A stretch of DNA of 64,000 bases, taken from contig JAFLCB010000005.1 of NCBI GenBank assembly GCA_017302795.1, positions 207,668-271,667 of the forward strand, in the 5' to 3' direction. The notes below the pieces were generated by a model. The model made no database searches. It was not told the DNA's origin and was given only the letters and a program-made list of their open reading frames with translations. Origin of the DNA: Deltaproteobacteria bacterium. GTDB lineage: Bacteria; Bdellovibrionota; Bdellovibrionia; Bdellovibrionales; JAMPXM01. The translations under genes were made by a program, and so were the position numbers. Shown piece by piece: positions 36,979 through 46,191 of this stretch (positions within the stretch are counted from its first letter, which is position 1; the number at the start of each line of letters is the position of its first letter).

Positions 36979-37358
36979 GATACTCCCCAGATTGAATGTC
37001 GTTGAATTTACCCAACACCCTATCTCATTTCAACCCTCAAGGGATTAAATGTAACTTTTGGGGTCGACAGGAAATCCGCTAAACTACATCTTGCTGGAGC
37101 TTCTGGAAGGTCACCGAATTGACGGGTACAGGTCGTGAAGGCTGTCTTAAATCTAATGGCTGACGGTCGTCGGCGAATACGGCCACCTATTGCGTTCTGG
37201 AGCGAGCGCTGCCCTACACGCACCTCTCTTGCTGATGCCTTCTCGCGTTGCTTGGCATCAGGGTTGTAGACTGTGGTCTGTAATATGCTTGAATTAAAGC
37301 CATCTAGAACGATGGTTACCGTCCTAGCGGGTTTCGGAGGACTAACTGAGATCTCAAG

Positions 37359-38570
37359 CTAAGGTCTTTGCTGTACCGCTCCTTTGAATTCGTTAACGGA
37401 CTTTTCGCTGCTCTCAATCAAATCGCTGATCACGCGCGCAGCTTCGTCGATAGACTTGTCGTCCATATTTTCGATCTGCTTCAAAACAAAGTATTTAGCG
37501 AGATCAATATCGGGCGACGAACTGTCGCTCACAAAGTACTCGCTGAGTGATCGAAACGAGTAAGCCGAAACTTCAAGTGTGACTCGGTTTTCTTCGAATT
37601 TGACCGCGCCAGACACGCTCGATGCGATCACACCGAAGGAGCCTTTGAGGTAAAGGTACTCGCCTCGACAAGTGTAATTCGATTTTGTGCAGATGCTGAG
37701 ATCGTATCCAGAAAGGACTGTGAACCAACCGTACTTCTCATAAAGTTCTCGACCAGCGAGAATTCGCACTTTGGTCATGATCGGCGCAACTCGTTCTAAA
37801 AAGTCAGAATAGTTTAACGATTTATAGAGATGATGGCCGTATACACAAATGCCTGCGTCGAGAAGCGGAACACCGGTGTCGCCTAGATCAGGTGCCGAGT
37901 TCGATTGCGGCGCGGGCTTGGCGGCAGGTTGAGCAACGCGCATGCTATCCCGGCGTTCGTAGATTCGGAACTTCCTGAACGCTTCACAGTTTCGTTCGGC
38001 TTCGATAGACTTTTCGCGCAGGAACTGGTCGGCAGTAGCGTACTTATTATCCTGAACGGCGATGGCGTCCTCCGCCATTCGAGTCGCAAAAGATTTTAAG
38101 ATATCATAGCCGCTGACCTCGATCGTTCCACTAAAAGAAATTCGGTCGCGAAGTTTGATAAATTTGCGATCCGTGGCGACTTCCATAGAAAGCCCCATGC
38201 TCTTAAAAAGAGGCGACTTCGCCACAATCGAAAGAACAAGCGCATCCGAAATTAGGCCCCGAGAATCTTTGTATGTCGCCTGCACGGAGGTCAGGAGTTC
38301 GGGATTCGCCGACTGTACTTTTTGTGCGATTCGATTGATTTTCGCATTCACAACGGCTCGATTTACAGGCTTTGTGATGGACTCCGCACGAACTTTCGCA
38401 ACCTGATCAGCAGGTACGAGAAAGCTGAGAACGCTTTGCTCTTTGCCGAGATCTTTTGGGCTGGTCGCTGGCTCCGCAGCGAAGCTCACGCTTACGTTCA
38501 GAAAAGTGAACGCTAAGGTGAAAGCTACGGTGAAAGCTAGGACACTCGCGGCGCGCAGATTCGACATCAC
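37359..38570 (-). CDS. secreted hypothetical protein
   Basis: Signal peptide (AFTLAFTFLNVSVSFA|AE). 403 aa. No recognisable motif. Confidence 0.55.
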   Translation of the reverse strand: MMSNLRAASVLAFTVAFTLAFTFLNVSVSFAAEPATSPKDLGKEQSVLSFLVPADQVAKVRAESITKPVNRAVVNAKINRIAQKVQSANPELLTSVQATYKDSRGLISDALVLSIVAKSPLFKSMGLSMEVATDRKFIKLRDRISFSGTIEVSGYDILKSFATRMAEDAIAVQDNKYATADQFLREKSIEAERNCEAFRKFRIYERRDSMRVAQPAAKPAPQSNSAPDLGDTGVPLLDAGICVYGHHLYKSLNYSDFLERVAPIMTKVRILAGRELYEKYGWFTVLSGYDLSICTKSNYTCRGEYLYLKGSFGVIASSVSGAVKFEENRVTLEVSAYSFRSLSEYFVSDSSSPDIDLAKYFVLKQIENMDDKSIDEAARVISDLIESSEKSVNEFKGAVQQRP

Positions 38571-38772
38571 ATACCTCTTTGAAAATCTAAGTAAGGGTCG
38601 GTGAGCAATACCTATTCCAGGACATGAGCCCGACCATACGTGACGCTAGAACGGAATCATTGGATTTGAAGGTACGGCTGTGACGGTCGAGGTACCCATC
38701 ACGGCACTCCTTTGTGTCAAATCTTCCCATTGATCATTGCAAGCTGTATCGATTGTGAGTCACAGGCTCTCG

Positions 38773-38793
38773 ATATTTGCCTAAATATTTGCC
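38773..38793. repeat. tandem 9-bp direct repeat atatttgcc-taa-atatttgcc in a divergent intergenic region
   Basis: Copies at 38773-38781 and 38785-38793, period 12 bp. About 45 nt upstream of the sigma-28-like -35 of the 38874 operon. Confidence 0.4.
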
Positions 38794-38838
38794 ACCTGGA
38801 CCCGTTTGAATTCTCTCGGCGAATCAAGAGCTTAACCC

Positions 38839-38866
38839 TCAAGATCGGGCTCTAAAATGCCGATTA
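38839..38866 (+). promoter_or_regulatory. sigma-28-type promoter (TCAAG-N15-GCCGATTA) of the LysM-OMP/FN3 operon
   Basis: tcaag at 38839-38843, a 15-nt spacer, gccgatta at 38859-38866 (7/8). The block gggct..aaaatgccgatta.gaa recurs at 49969-49991. Confidence 0.45.
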
Positions 38867-38873
38867 AGAATCA

Positions 38874-40154
38874 GTGAAGACTCTGGTCGTTTTGATACAA
38901 CTTTCGGTTGCGAGCATCGCCGTGGGCGACGTGCGTAGTTTTGCCGACGATCAAAACGCCAACGCCCAGACCAATGAGCAAAGTTCCAATGTTCAATCTC
39001 GCGAGGAAGAGTGCTCGGTCGTCACCAAACCTGTTCGCTATGCCGTCTTGTATGGGGAACATCTCGCCATCGTCGTTCATCGATTCGGCTTCCGCCCGCT
39101 CTACGGAAAGCGCTCGCAAGTTAAAAAAATAAGTGAGCTTAATAATCTGAAAGATCCGAACGTGATCATTGCGGGCCAAGAAATATTATTGCCATTCAAG
39201 TGCGAAGAGGACGCCATCAAGCACGTCTTGATCGATCGCGAAGAAAGCCGAATTATCGCGTCTGTCAGTGAAGCGCTTTCGCCCGCGCAAACAGCGTCGG
39301 AGGCAGTGCGATCAACATCGGTGTCGATGCCAACGCCACCGGCGTCCTCGACAGCGGCTCGTGATGTAGCGGAAGCAGCGACAAATGTCCTGCCAGAGAC
39401 GACGAATCTGCCGCAGCCTTCGGTGCAGCACCCCGCAGAGCCGAAACCCGTCGCCGCGCCAAATCCGACGCCGTCAGATCTAGCATCAGAGGCGACAACT
39501 TTTGTTCCGCACAGCACGCTCTCGATCGGCGGGCTCTATGGCTTTTACCGTTTAGATTCCAAAGAAATCGTCGGAACCGCGTCAGCTTTGCTTTTATCAA
39601 GACCTTCTCTGGGTGTTGCCTTCGGTTGGGACCTCCATTGGCAGCCGGAATTCACGACAGGTTTCCGAATGAATTCTAGATCAATTGAATTTCAGCGGGC
39701 GACAAGTGGCGTTCTGAACAATGGTCAACAAACAACCAGCGGAGTTGGTCTCGATTTCAAATACCGATGGACCCAAAAGTTTAAATCCTCGCTCGGCTTC
39801 AATTATGACGAACGACTTTTTGTGCGCTCTGTTCAATCCGGCACCGCGGTTCTTGAGGTTTTTCACCAGCCAAGTTTTGAACTCATCGTAGAACATGAAA
39901 TGATTCGCGCAGGTGCACTCGGCCTTGATTTCATGGCTGGCTATCGACAGTTGCTACAAACCTCGATCGAATCCGCTTCGCTCAATGATAGTAGCGAATA
40001 TCTTTTGGGCGCCATCTTTAGGCAGCAGCTTGAAAAACGACAAATCGAATTGAAAATCAATTACGTAAATGGCCAACAGAAATCTAGTTTGTCGAACCAG
40101 AACAACACCGGCCTTGAGACTTACCTTGGAATAAAAATGGATATCGGAAAATGA
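38874..40154 (+). CDS. LysM-domain protein with C-terminal beta-barrel-like domain
   Basis: GTG start. Signal peptide ...SVASIAVGDVRSFA|DD. LysM-like segment YAVLYGEHLAIVVHRFG...ISELNNLKDPNVIIAGQEILLPF. Ala/Pro/Ser linker. The C-terminal ~220 aa have strand periodicity. Confidence 0.6.
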   Translation: MKTLVVLIQLSVASIAVGDVRSFADDQNANAQTNEQSSNVQSREEECSVVTKPVRYAVLYGEHLAIVVHRFGFRPLYGKRSQVKKISELNNLKDPNVIIAGQEILLPFKCEEDAIKHVLIDREESRIIASVSEALSPAQTASEAVRSTSVSMPTPPASSTAARDVAEAATNVLPETTNLPQPSVQHPAEPKPVAAPNPTPSDLASEATTFVPHSTLSIGGLYGFYRLDSKEIVGTASALLLSRPSLGVAFGWDLHWQPEFTTGFRMNSRSIEFQRATSGVLNNGQQTTSGVGLDFKYRWTQKFKSSLGFNYDERLFVRSVQSGTAVLEVFHQPSFELIVEHEMIRAGALGLDFMAGYRQLLQTSIESASLNDSSEYLLGAIFRQQLEKRQIELKINYVNGQQKSSLSNQNNTGLETYLGIKMDIGK

Positions 40155-43117
40155 TCCATTCATTTTTATTTCGCTCTACCTTAATTGTCTTGGTTCTCTG
40201 CGTAGCCGGGTGTTCGAATCCGCTCGGCAGCAGCGGATCGAAAATTGACCAGGATTACAATCCTGGCGCACCGGGCGCAGCGACGGCTACCGGCATCACT
40301 GCCACATTTAATGAAGATACCGTATCGAACTCCATCTCCCTGGCCTATTCGAGCGACCCCGGCACCACTGCGCAAACTTGCGAAATCACAGATCTTACGA
40401 ATGTCTCTGTGACCGAAGCTTGCGCATGTGTCGGAGGAAGTTGTTCGGTAAAAGTACACGCCGCGGCCAACTTCTTCGGAAGTGGAAGTTTCAGCTACAC
40501 TGTGACCGATCAAGAAGGAAGAATCTCGAACTCAGCACCTGCGGACCTGACAATCAGTCCGGTCAACGACGCGCCGGTTTTAACAGCGATCGCCAATCAA
40601 TCCGTCCTCGCTGGTCAAACTTTGATTGTTAACTTAGACGTTTCGGATATCGATTCAGTCATTGTTTGCGGACTCGCGTTCGAAACGCCATCCACCAGTA
40701 TTCCGGGAACTGTTTCGCCTGGCAGTATCGCGTTTGGCGGCACCGCTCCGAACTGCACAGCCACCATCACACCGATTGTAAATCAACGCGGAAACGTGAC
40801 CTTGGGTTTTTCTCTCACGGACGGAACCCTTACAAGTAGCAGCTTTTCTGTCAGTGTCACCAGCCCTCCTGCGATTCCCACAAATCTTGCTGCGACCACG
40901 GGCGATGCTCAAGTCGGATTGGCGTGGACCGCGTCGGCAAGCGGTTTTGCACCAATCACTTACACGATTTACCGATCAACAAGCTCAGGTTCGGGATATT
41001 CTGCACTTCCCGCTTGTTCTGGCTTAGCGACGACGAGCTGCACGGATTCGACCGCCGCCAACGGCACGACTTACTACTATGTTGTGCGAGCAACTAACGT
41101 CGATGGCAGTAGCGGCGACTCCAATGAAGTTTCCGCGAGACCCATTCAGCCCCCTAGCGCACCGACTCTGTCTCGCTCGATCACGGTCGCGTCACGAATT
41201 GATTTAAGCTGGGTTCCGGGAACTGGAACTGCGCCATTCACGTACACAGTTCAAAGATCTACAACCAGCGGAAGTGGTTTTGCTAATGTCACCGGTTGTG
41301 TCGCGATTGCAACGACGACCTGTACCGACGCCGGCGTCACCGCCGGAACGACATATTATTACACCGTCACACAATCTAACACGGGTGGTGCGGCAACATC
41401 GAGTGAGGTAGGTGCGACTCCCATCGCAGCATTCGCGATCACGCTCACCCCTGGAAATCGACAAATTCAAGCAAGTTTTGCAAGCGCGGGCGCAACTACT
41501 TACCGCCTACAATACGGCACATCGCCTGGCTCTTATTCGACGACGATTGATCCTGCGACTACGCCGCTCGCGGTATCTTCGTTGATCAACGGCACCACGT
41601 ATTACTTCATGGCGACCGCGACCAACGCTGCAGGAAGTGTGATGGCGAACGCCGAAGTAAGCTCGGCGCCTAACGGCCCGGGCGCATTTACGATTTCAAG
41701 CGCCACCGAAGGTAACGCTCAAGTCGCGCTCGCGTGGACAGCATCGGCAGGTGCGGCGACCTACACCGTGAAATACGGAACCAGCTCGGGAAGCTACACC
41801 AGCACGTTCGCGACGGGTCTCACTGGAACCACATCGACCGTGACGGGACTTACAAATGGAACGACCTACTACTTCATGGTGACCGCGGTAAACGCAAACG
41901 GCGAGCAAGATGCGATTTCTGAATTTGTAAGGACGCCGGCGCTTCCGACTTTGAGCGTGATCACAAGCTCAGCGTACGATGCAGCAAATGTTCGAGTGGT
42001 CACGCCGACGATCGCCTCGAATTGGTCGACGAATGTTGGGTTTACCCTTGGCGGACTCGCTTCGTTCACGTGTAACGGGACCGTGACCGCAACGTCGTCA
42101 AACGTGGCCGTTGTTGCCAATGGATCTCTCACACTCAGCGGCACTTATCCGAACTGCAGTTTGAACCTCGCAGTTGCTGGCGCAACGACGGGATCAACAA
42201 CGATCACCCTCACTGCGACACACGGCTCTGCCACTGCAACGAGAGCTTTCGAATTTTACCTCGTTCGCCAAGCAGCCGCGGTCTACTCGACAAGGCTTGC
42301 GGTCCTGGGCTACACGGGCAGTGCGATAAGAGTGAGACATGGAACCAACAACGCTCAAGCAAACGTCGCCTTTGATACATCCGGAGCAGTTTCTGCCAGT
42401 TCCGTTGTTACCATCACGGCCGCGGGAACAAGCGGATATTCCATAGGTCAAACGATGGCATTTTCAACTTTCTATTCTGCAGCCACTGTTTTCGTTGTCG
42501 ATTGGTATGATCAAACTGGAAACCTTCGAACAGCAACACAGTCGACGGCGGGCAACCAGCCAAGAATCGTAAGCGCAGGTACGATCGACACAACAAGTTC
42601 TGGTCGCACCGGAATCCGGTGGTTTGACGCTTCCACAACCCGTCGCCTGGTGGCAACGGCACCAATGGCTTCCGCAAATGAGATGACAGTGAACATGGTT
42701 TACCGAGAAATCACCCGACAAAACTCGGCCTCGTGGGATATGGCTTCGGATGCCAACGGCGGACGAATTTCTGCGCATATGGCCTGGGGAGATGGCATTC
42801 TTTATTATGATGTCGGCGGCTGCTGCGCTGCCCCTCAGAGGTACACAGTTGCAATGGGTGCTGCGGGCGCGACGAATGTGTTCACGTTTACCAATTCCAC
42901 ATCCGGCAATACAAAGTTCGTCTACCGCAATGGAACCGCAATCATCACAGGTGCCTCAAGCACGGCGACGGTTTTCCGCCTTACAATCGGCGGCGGCGAC
43001 AGCATGACTTCAATGAATGCTTTAAACGCCGAGTTCACCGTTTTTCCCGCGGCACTCGGCACTACCGACCGGCAGCGGTTGGAACAAGTCCAAAAATCTA
43101 TTTTTGGAACTCCTTAA
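40151..43117 (+). CDS. large surface lipoprotein with cadherin-like and at least four fibronectin-type-III repeats
   Basis: Lipobox LVLCVAG|C. A VNDAPV segment. FN3 modules are recognisable by PxNL..T.GD.QV.LAWT...Y.VxR/Y.TS.GSY and the GTTYYY(V/T)V / GTTYYFM motif, seen four times. The ~380-aa C-terminal domain is unassigned. Confidence 0.7.
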   Translation: MIHSFLFRSTLIVLVLCVAGCSNPLGSSGSKIDQDYNPGAPGAATATGITATFNEDTVSNSISLAYSSDPGTTAQTCEITDLTNVSVTEACACVGGSCSVKVHAAANFFGSGSFSYTVTDQEGRISNSAPADLTISPVNDAPVLTAIANQSVLAGQTLIVNLDVSDIDSVIVCGLAFETPSTSIPGTVSPGSIAFGGTAPNCTATITPIVNQRGNVTLGFSLTDGTLTSSSFSVSVTSPPAIPTNLAATTGDAQVGLAWTASASGFAPITYTIYRSTSSGSGYSALPACSGLATTSCTDSTAANGTTYYYVVRATNVDGSSGDSNEVSARPIQPPSAPTLSRSITVASRIDLSWVPGTGTAPFTYTVQRSTTSGSGFANVTGCVAIATTTCTDAGVTAGTTYYYTVTQSNTGGAATSSEVGATPIAAFAITLTPGNRQIQASFASAGATTYRLQYGTSPGSYSTTIDPATTPLAVSSLINGTTYYFMATATNAAGSVMANAEVSSAPNGPGAFTISSATEGNAQVALAWTASAGAATYTVKYGTSSGSYTSTFATGLTGTTSTVTGLTNGTTYYFMVTAVNANGEQDAISEFVRTPALPTLSVITSSAYDAANVRVVTPTIASNWSTNVGFTLGGLASFTCNGTVTATSSNVAVVANGSLTLSGTYPNCSLNLAVAGATTGSTTITLTATHGSATATRAFEFYLVRQAAAVYSTRLAVLGYTGSAIRVRHGTNNAQANVAFDTSGAVSASSVVTITAAGTSGYSIGQTMAFSTFYSAATVFVVDWYDQTGNLRTATQSTAGNQPRIVSAGTIDTTSSGRTGIRWFDASTTRRLVATAPMASANEMTVNMVYREITRQNSASWDMASDANGGRISAHMAWGDGILYYDVGGCCAAPQRYTVAMGAAGATNVFTFTNSTSGNTKFVYRNGTAIITGASSTATVFRLTIGGGDSMTSMNALNAEFTVFPAALGTTDRQRLEQVQKSIFGTP

Positions 43118-43119
43118 CC

Positions 43120-43905
43120 ATGAACATGAAGAGGTGGATGGCCATAGCCTTCGCGTTGGCAGGCACACTTTCCGGCGTCTTCATTTTCGAAATTAGAGTT
43201 TCTTCGGCCGCTGCCTTGGCGCACGAGGCAGACGGATGCTCAAAAGCTTTTGCCACGATCGCACCTCGCGACGAAATCGAGAACACCCTGGGGTGGTCGA
43301 ACGACCCAGAGCAAATTGATAAAGCGATCAGACCTCTCTGGGCCTCTGAGCACTTTTCAGATCCAAAGACCCATGATCCGAAAAATTTTATTTATATCAT
43401 TAGAAGCGGCAATATTTCGGGCAGGTATTTCAACGGTGTTCCCGTCGATCCACTGAAGCAAACCCTACGAGACGTCCAAGCACCAAATCTTATTTCCGCA
43501 TCTGTTGTCGGCACTCGTCCAAACGGAAGACGGTTTGTCGGCAGGTATGGAGCGGCCCAAAGCGGGACCGTTCTAATTCTAAAAATTCCGCCGCGATCTA
43601 TACACATCGCCGCACCAGCAGACACCGGGCGCTTGACGAATAGCGGTTCGGCCGCTCCGGCGCAAAAAACGCTTTTGCATTACGAAAGATACTACGGAAT
43701 GCACTCACCCGAAGCGATGCTTGACGCCTCCGTCAAAAGAGCAGAGGAGCTCAAAGTCGGCGACCGACACTACAACGAAATAATATTTGTTGGATCGAAG
43801 GATGTCGAAATTGTCGGCCTCGGTGTGTTCGGCAATGTTGAACAAAGCCACCTCGACCAAGGAGCCTTACTTGGTGTTCCCGTGGTCCAAATTCACGCGC
43901 CGTAG
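43120..43905 (+). CDS. secreted hypothetical protein
   Basis: The start lies 2 nt after the FN3 gene stop. Signal/TM MAIAFALAGTLSGVFIF. No motif. Confidence 0.5.
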   Translation: MNMKRWMAIAFALAGTLSGVFIFEIRVSSAAALAHEADGCSKAFATIAPRDEIENTLGWSNDPEQIDKAIRPLWASEHFSDPKTHDPKNFIYIIRSGNISGRYFNGVPVDPLKQTLRDVQAPNLISASVVGTRPNGRRFVGRYGAAQSGTVLILKIPPRSIHIAAPADTGRLTNSGSAAPAQKTLLHYERYYGMHSPEAMLDASVKRAEELKVGDRHYNEIIFVGSKDVEIVGLGVFGNVEQSHLDQGALLGVPVVQIHAP

Positions 43906-43986
43906 AAGCTTTAAGAAGCTTTCGCTTAAGCCCCGTCTCATGGATTTATTGGTAAATCTCTTCAAATGAGCTTATTCTAAAGCGGC

Positions 43987-45126
43987 ATGGAAAGAAGAAG
44001 CTTTCTCATTGGATCGTTAGGATTGGCTTTTGCCCGCGCAAGTTCTGCAATTGCGGGACCTCCTATTTCAAACGGTTGCATTGTTTCGCCCTATTCTCAT
44101 TCGGAAGGAAAGAAGCTTGTTCATGGTGTCATGATCCTCGATCTAGACCGACGGAAAATGACAACCATCCCTACGCCGTTTGCTATCCACATCGTATCTG
44201 CTGGAGTTGAAAAAAGTGGTTTATGTTATGGCGTTGCTTCTTATTCGAACCATGTTGCCAAGATTGATTTAAGAAGCGCTAAGGTCTTACTCGTCAAAGA
44301 GCTAAGCCCGAAGTTTGAATATTCAGGACATTCGACTGTGTCGAAGAGTGGCCACATCTACGCTACTGTTTCGGAAAAATCAGCTGCGAAAGATAGCGAT
44401 CCTTTGCGAACCGGCTTGGTGCGACTTGACCCCGTTACAATGAATCTCGACGAGGAATATCTTTTCCCAAAACTGGACGGCCTTGGAACTTTACACGACG
44501 TTCAAACCTTTTCGTCAGACGGCAATATTTTGGTTTCAGCAGGTGGAAGCCTGCTCATCCATATCAATTTGAAAACTAAAACCATTGTACGATCAGACAA
44601 AATCGAATTCGATATTGCGCGCGCCTCTTTGAATCACTTTGCCTTCAGCTCTGAGGGTAATTTCGGATTACAGTCGCGAGTTTCGGATTCGGGTGCCGGC
44701 AATGGGGGCATAAGCAAGCTGGGTGCGCCTGTGCTTTTTGATAGCGGAAATAGAAAATTTAGAATTCTTAGGCAAACTGGCGAACTCAGTAAACGGCTCA
44801 ACAGAGATCTTTTTGGCCTCTGCCTGAATCGAGAGGGTTCCGTTTTAGGTATTGCCAATCTGTGGGATGATTTCCTTTCGTTTTGGAACATGCAGTCGGG
44901 CAAACTGTTAAAAAGCTTTGATCTTCGTCAACCCACGGGCATCACACTTTCCGCGGACGGCAAGTATTTCTTGGTAACGACAACATCGGGATTGATGTAT
45001 TTTGATAGCCAGACACTCAAGCAGGTTTTCGGATTGACTGATTTCAAAAAGGAGTTCGGCGAGCTCTTCGGTCAGACGATAAGTAAGGGCCGCCTGTTTC
45101 ACTCCACCGCCATCTTTCTCAGCTAA
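43987..45126 (+). CDS. Tat-signal beta-propeller protein (DUF1513-like)
   Basis: Twin-arginine leader MERRSFLIGSLGLAFARASSAIA. Repeated blade-like segments (YSGHSTVSKSGHIYAT, LHDVQTFSSDGNILVSAGG, LNHFAFSSEGNF, ITLSADGKYFLVTT) resemble DUF1513 as I recall it. Confidence 0.45.
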   Translation: MERRSFLIGSLGLAFARASSAIAGPPISNGCIVSPYSHSEGKKLVHGVMILDLDRRKMTTIPTPFAIHIVSAGVEKSGLCYGVASYSNHVAKIDLRSAKVLLVKELSPKFEYSGHSTVSKSGHIYATVSEKSAAKDSDPLRTGLVRLDPVTMNLDEEYLFPKLDGLGTLHDVQTFSSDGNILVSAGGSLLIHINLKTKTIVRSDKIEFDIARASLNHFAFSSEGNFGLQSRVSDSGAGNGGISKLGAPVLFDSGNRKFRILRQTGELSKRLNRDLFGLCLNREGSVLGIANLWDDFLSFWNMQSGKLLKSFDLRQPTGITLSADGKYFLVTTTSGLMYFDSQTLKQVFGLTDFKKEFGELFGQTISKGRLFHSTAIFLS

Positions 45127-45138
45127 TCAACTAGCGCC

Positions 45139-46191
45139 TCACTTCAACAAACTCCCAACAGTTTGGCGATTTGTCGGATCGCGCATTAAAAATAGTTTGC
45201 GGTCCAAGTAGTAGTGCAGAAATGAAAATGCGATTGATATCGCAGCTAGCAACGAAAGCCAAACTGGTGCCTGATCTTTTGGGAACATAGATCCAGCAGA
45301 AAAAATGACGCGAAACATGCCGAAGACAATAACCAGAAAAAGAATGATCAACGAAGGCATTTTCCAGCGGCCAAACTTCGAGGCGTTCGCCATTTTGCGA
45401 AATACGAAAAGATACTCTAATCCATGAATCGCCTGAGTTGCCATCAACCCGAAGGGCGAGATCAGCGCATAGGCCCAAATTGGGAAACGCAATGCAAAGA
45501 GCGACTTTTTCATGCGAATTGAACGTGGATAAAAGAACATGAGTCCGACGATGACGACTCCCAGAGTTAAGGAAATAGGAAACAAAAGAGCGCCGAGGCC
45601 GAATCCAAAAATCCGATAAGAGCCGGTTGCGGCAGAAAGCGAAGGAACTGTTTGAACCAAGACAGATGCAACAATCAGAAAAATAAGTGCGATAACCAAT
45701 CGACGCTCGAACCATTCTGTTCGCTTAGTTTTTTCGGGCGCTTCTTGAGCCTTGCCGTTGTAAACCAACGATAGCCCAAGTGACTGCGCGATTGCGTGTT
45801 GAATCGGAAAGAAAACGCCAGCGACCGCAAATAGCCCTTGAGCCAATTTTGAACCAGAGAGCAGCGCTACTGAGATCGCAGCAGCGAGACCGATAAAAAT
45901 GGCGGACGTCTTTAGAAAAAACCGAAACGCGCTGCCATTTCCCTGCGCAATTACCCAAGGTCTAAGTTCGGGAAAGGAGGCGATCATCATGACAGTAAAC
46001 GCATTATGCGTGACGTTTAAAAAAATTATTTCCAGCAATATTCGTTCGGTAAGACTTGCCGATTGCGAGAAACTCGGACGAATAACGCCGTCGATCGAAA
46101 ATCCAAATACCAGGAGCATCAACAATACAGCCGGCAGAGCGATATTGATGCGCTCATCTATCTTCAAAAAGACGGCCGGGCTTCGATCCAC
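45139..46191 (-). CDS. polytopic membrane protein with four intramembrane His (hypothetical)
   Basis: About 9 TM helices. Conserved-looking His in helices: NVTHNAF, FPIQHAIAQ, QAIHGLEYL, FSFLHYYLDRKLF. 1-nt overlap with the upstream gene. Confidence 0.55.
   Translation of the reverse strand: MDRSPAVFLKIDERINIALPAVLLMLLVFGFSIDGVIRPSFSQSASLTERILLEIIFLNVTHNAFTVMMIASFPELRPWVIAQGNGSAFRFFLKTSAIFIGLAAAISVALLSGSKLAQGLFAVAGVFFPIQHAIAQSLGLSLVYNGKAQEAPEKTKRTEWFERRLVIALIFLIVASVLVQTVPSLSAATGSYRIFGFGLGALLFPISLTLGVVIVGLMFFYPRSIRMKKSLFALRFPIWAYALISPFGLMATQAIHGLEYLFVFRKMANASKFGRWKMPSLIILFLVIVFGMFRVIFSAGSMFPKDQAPVWLSLLAAISIAFSFLHYYLDRKLFLMRDPTNRQTVGSLLK

Noticed and set aside
32783-38870. Integrated prophage or integrative element at tRNA-Ser with att repeats
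   Set aside because: There is no integrase, excisionase or phage structural gene. By eye I found no direct repeat of the tRNA-Ser 3' end. It is kept only as a possible degraded island.
45131-45715. 194-aa minus-strand ORF overlapping the membrane-protein gene
   Set aside because: It is an alternative frame of the 350-aa polytopic membrane protein ORF, which has coherent TM helices throughout.
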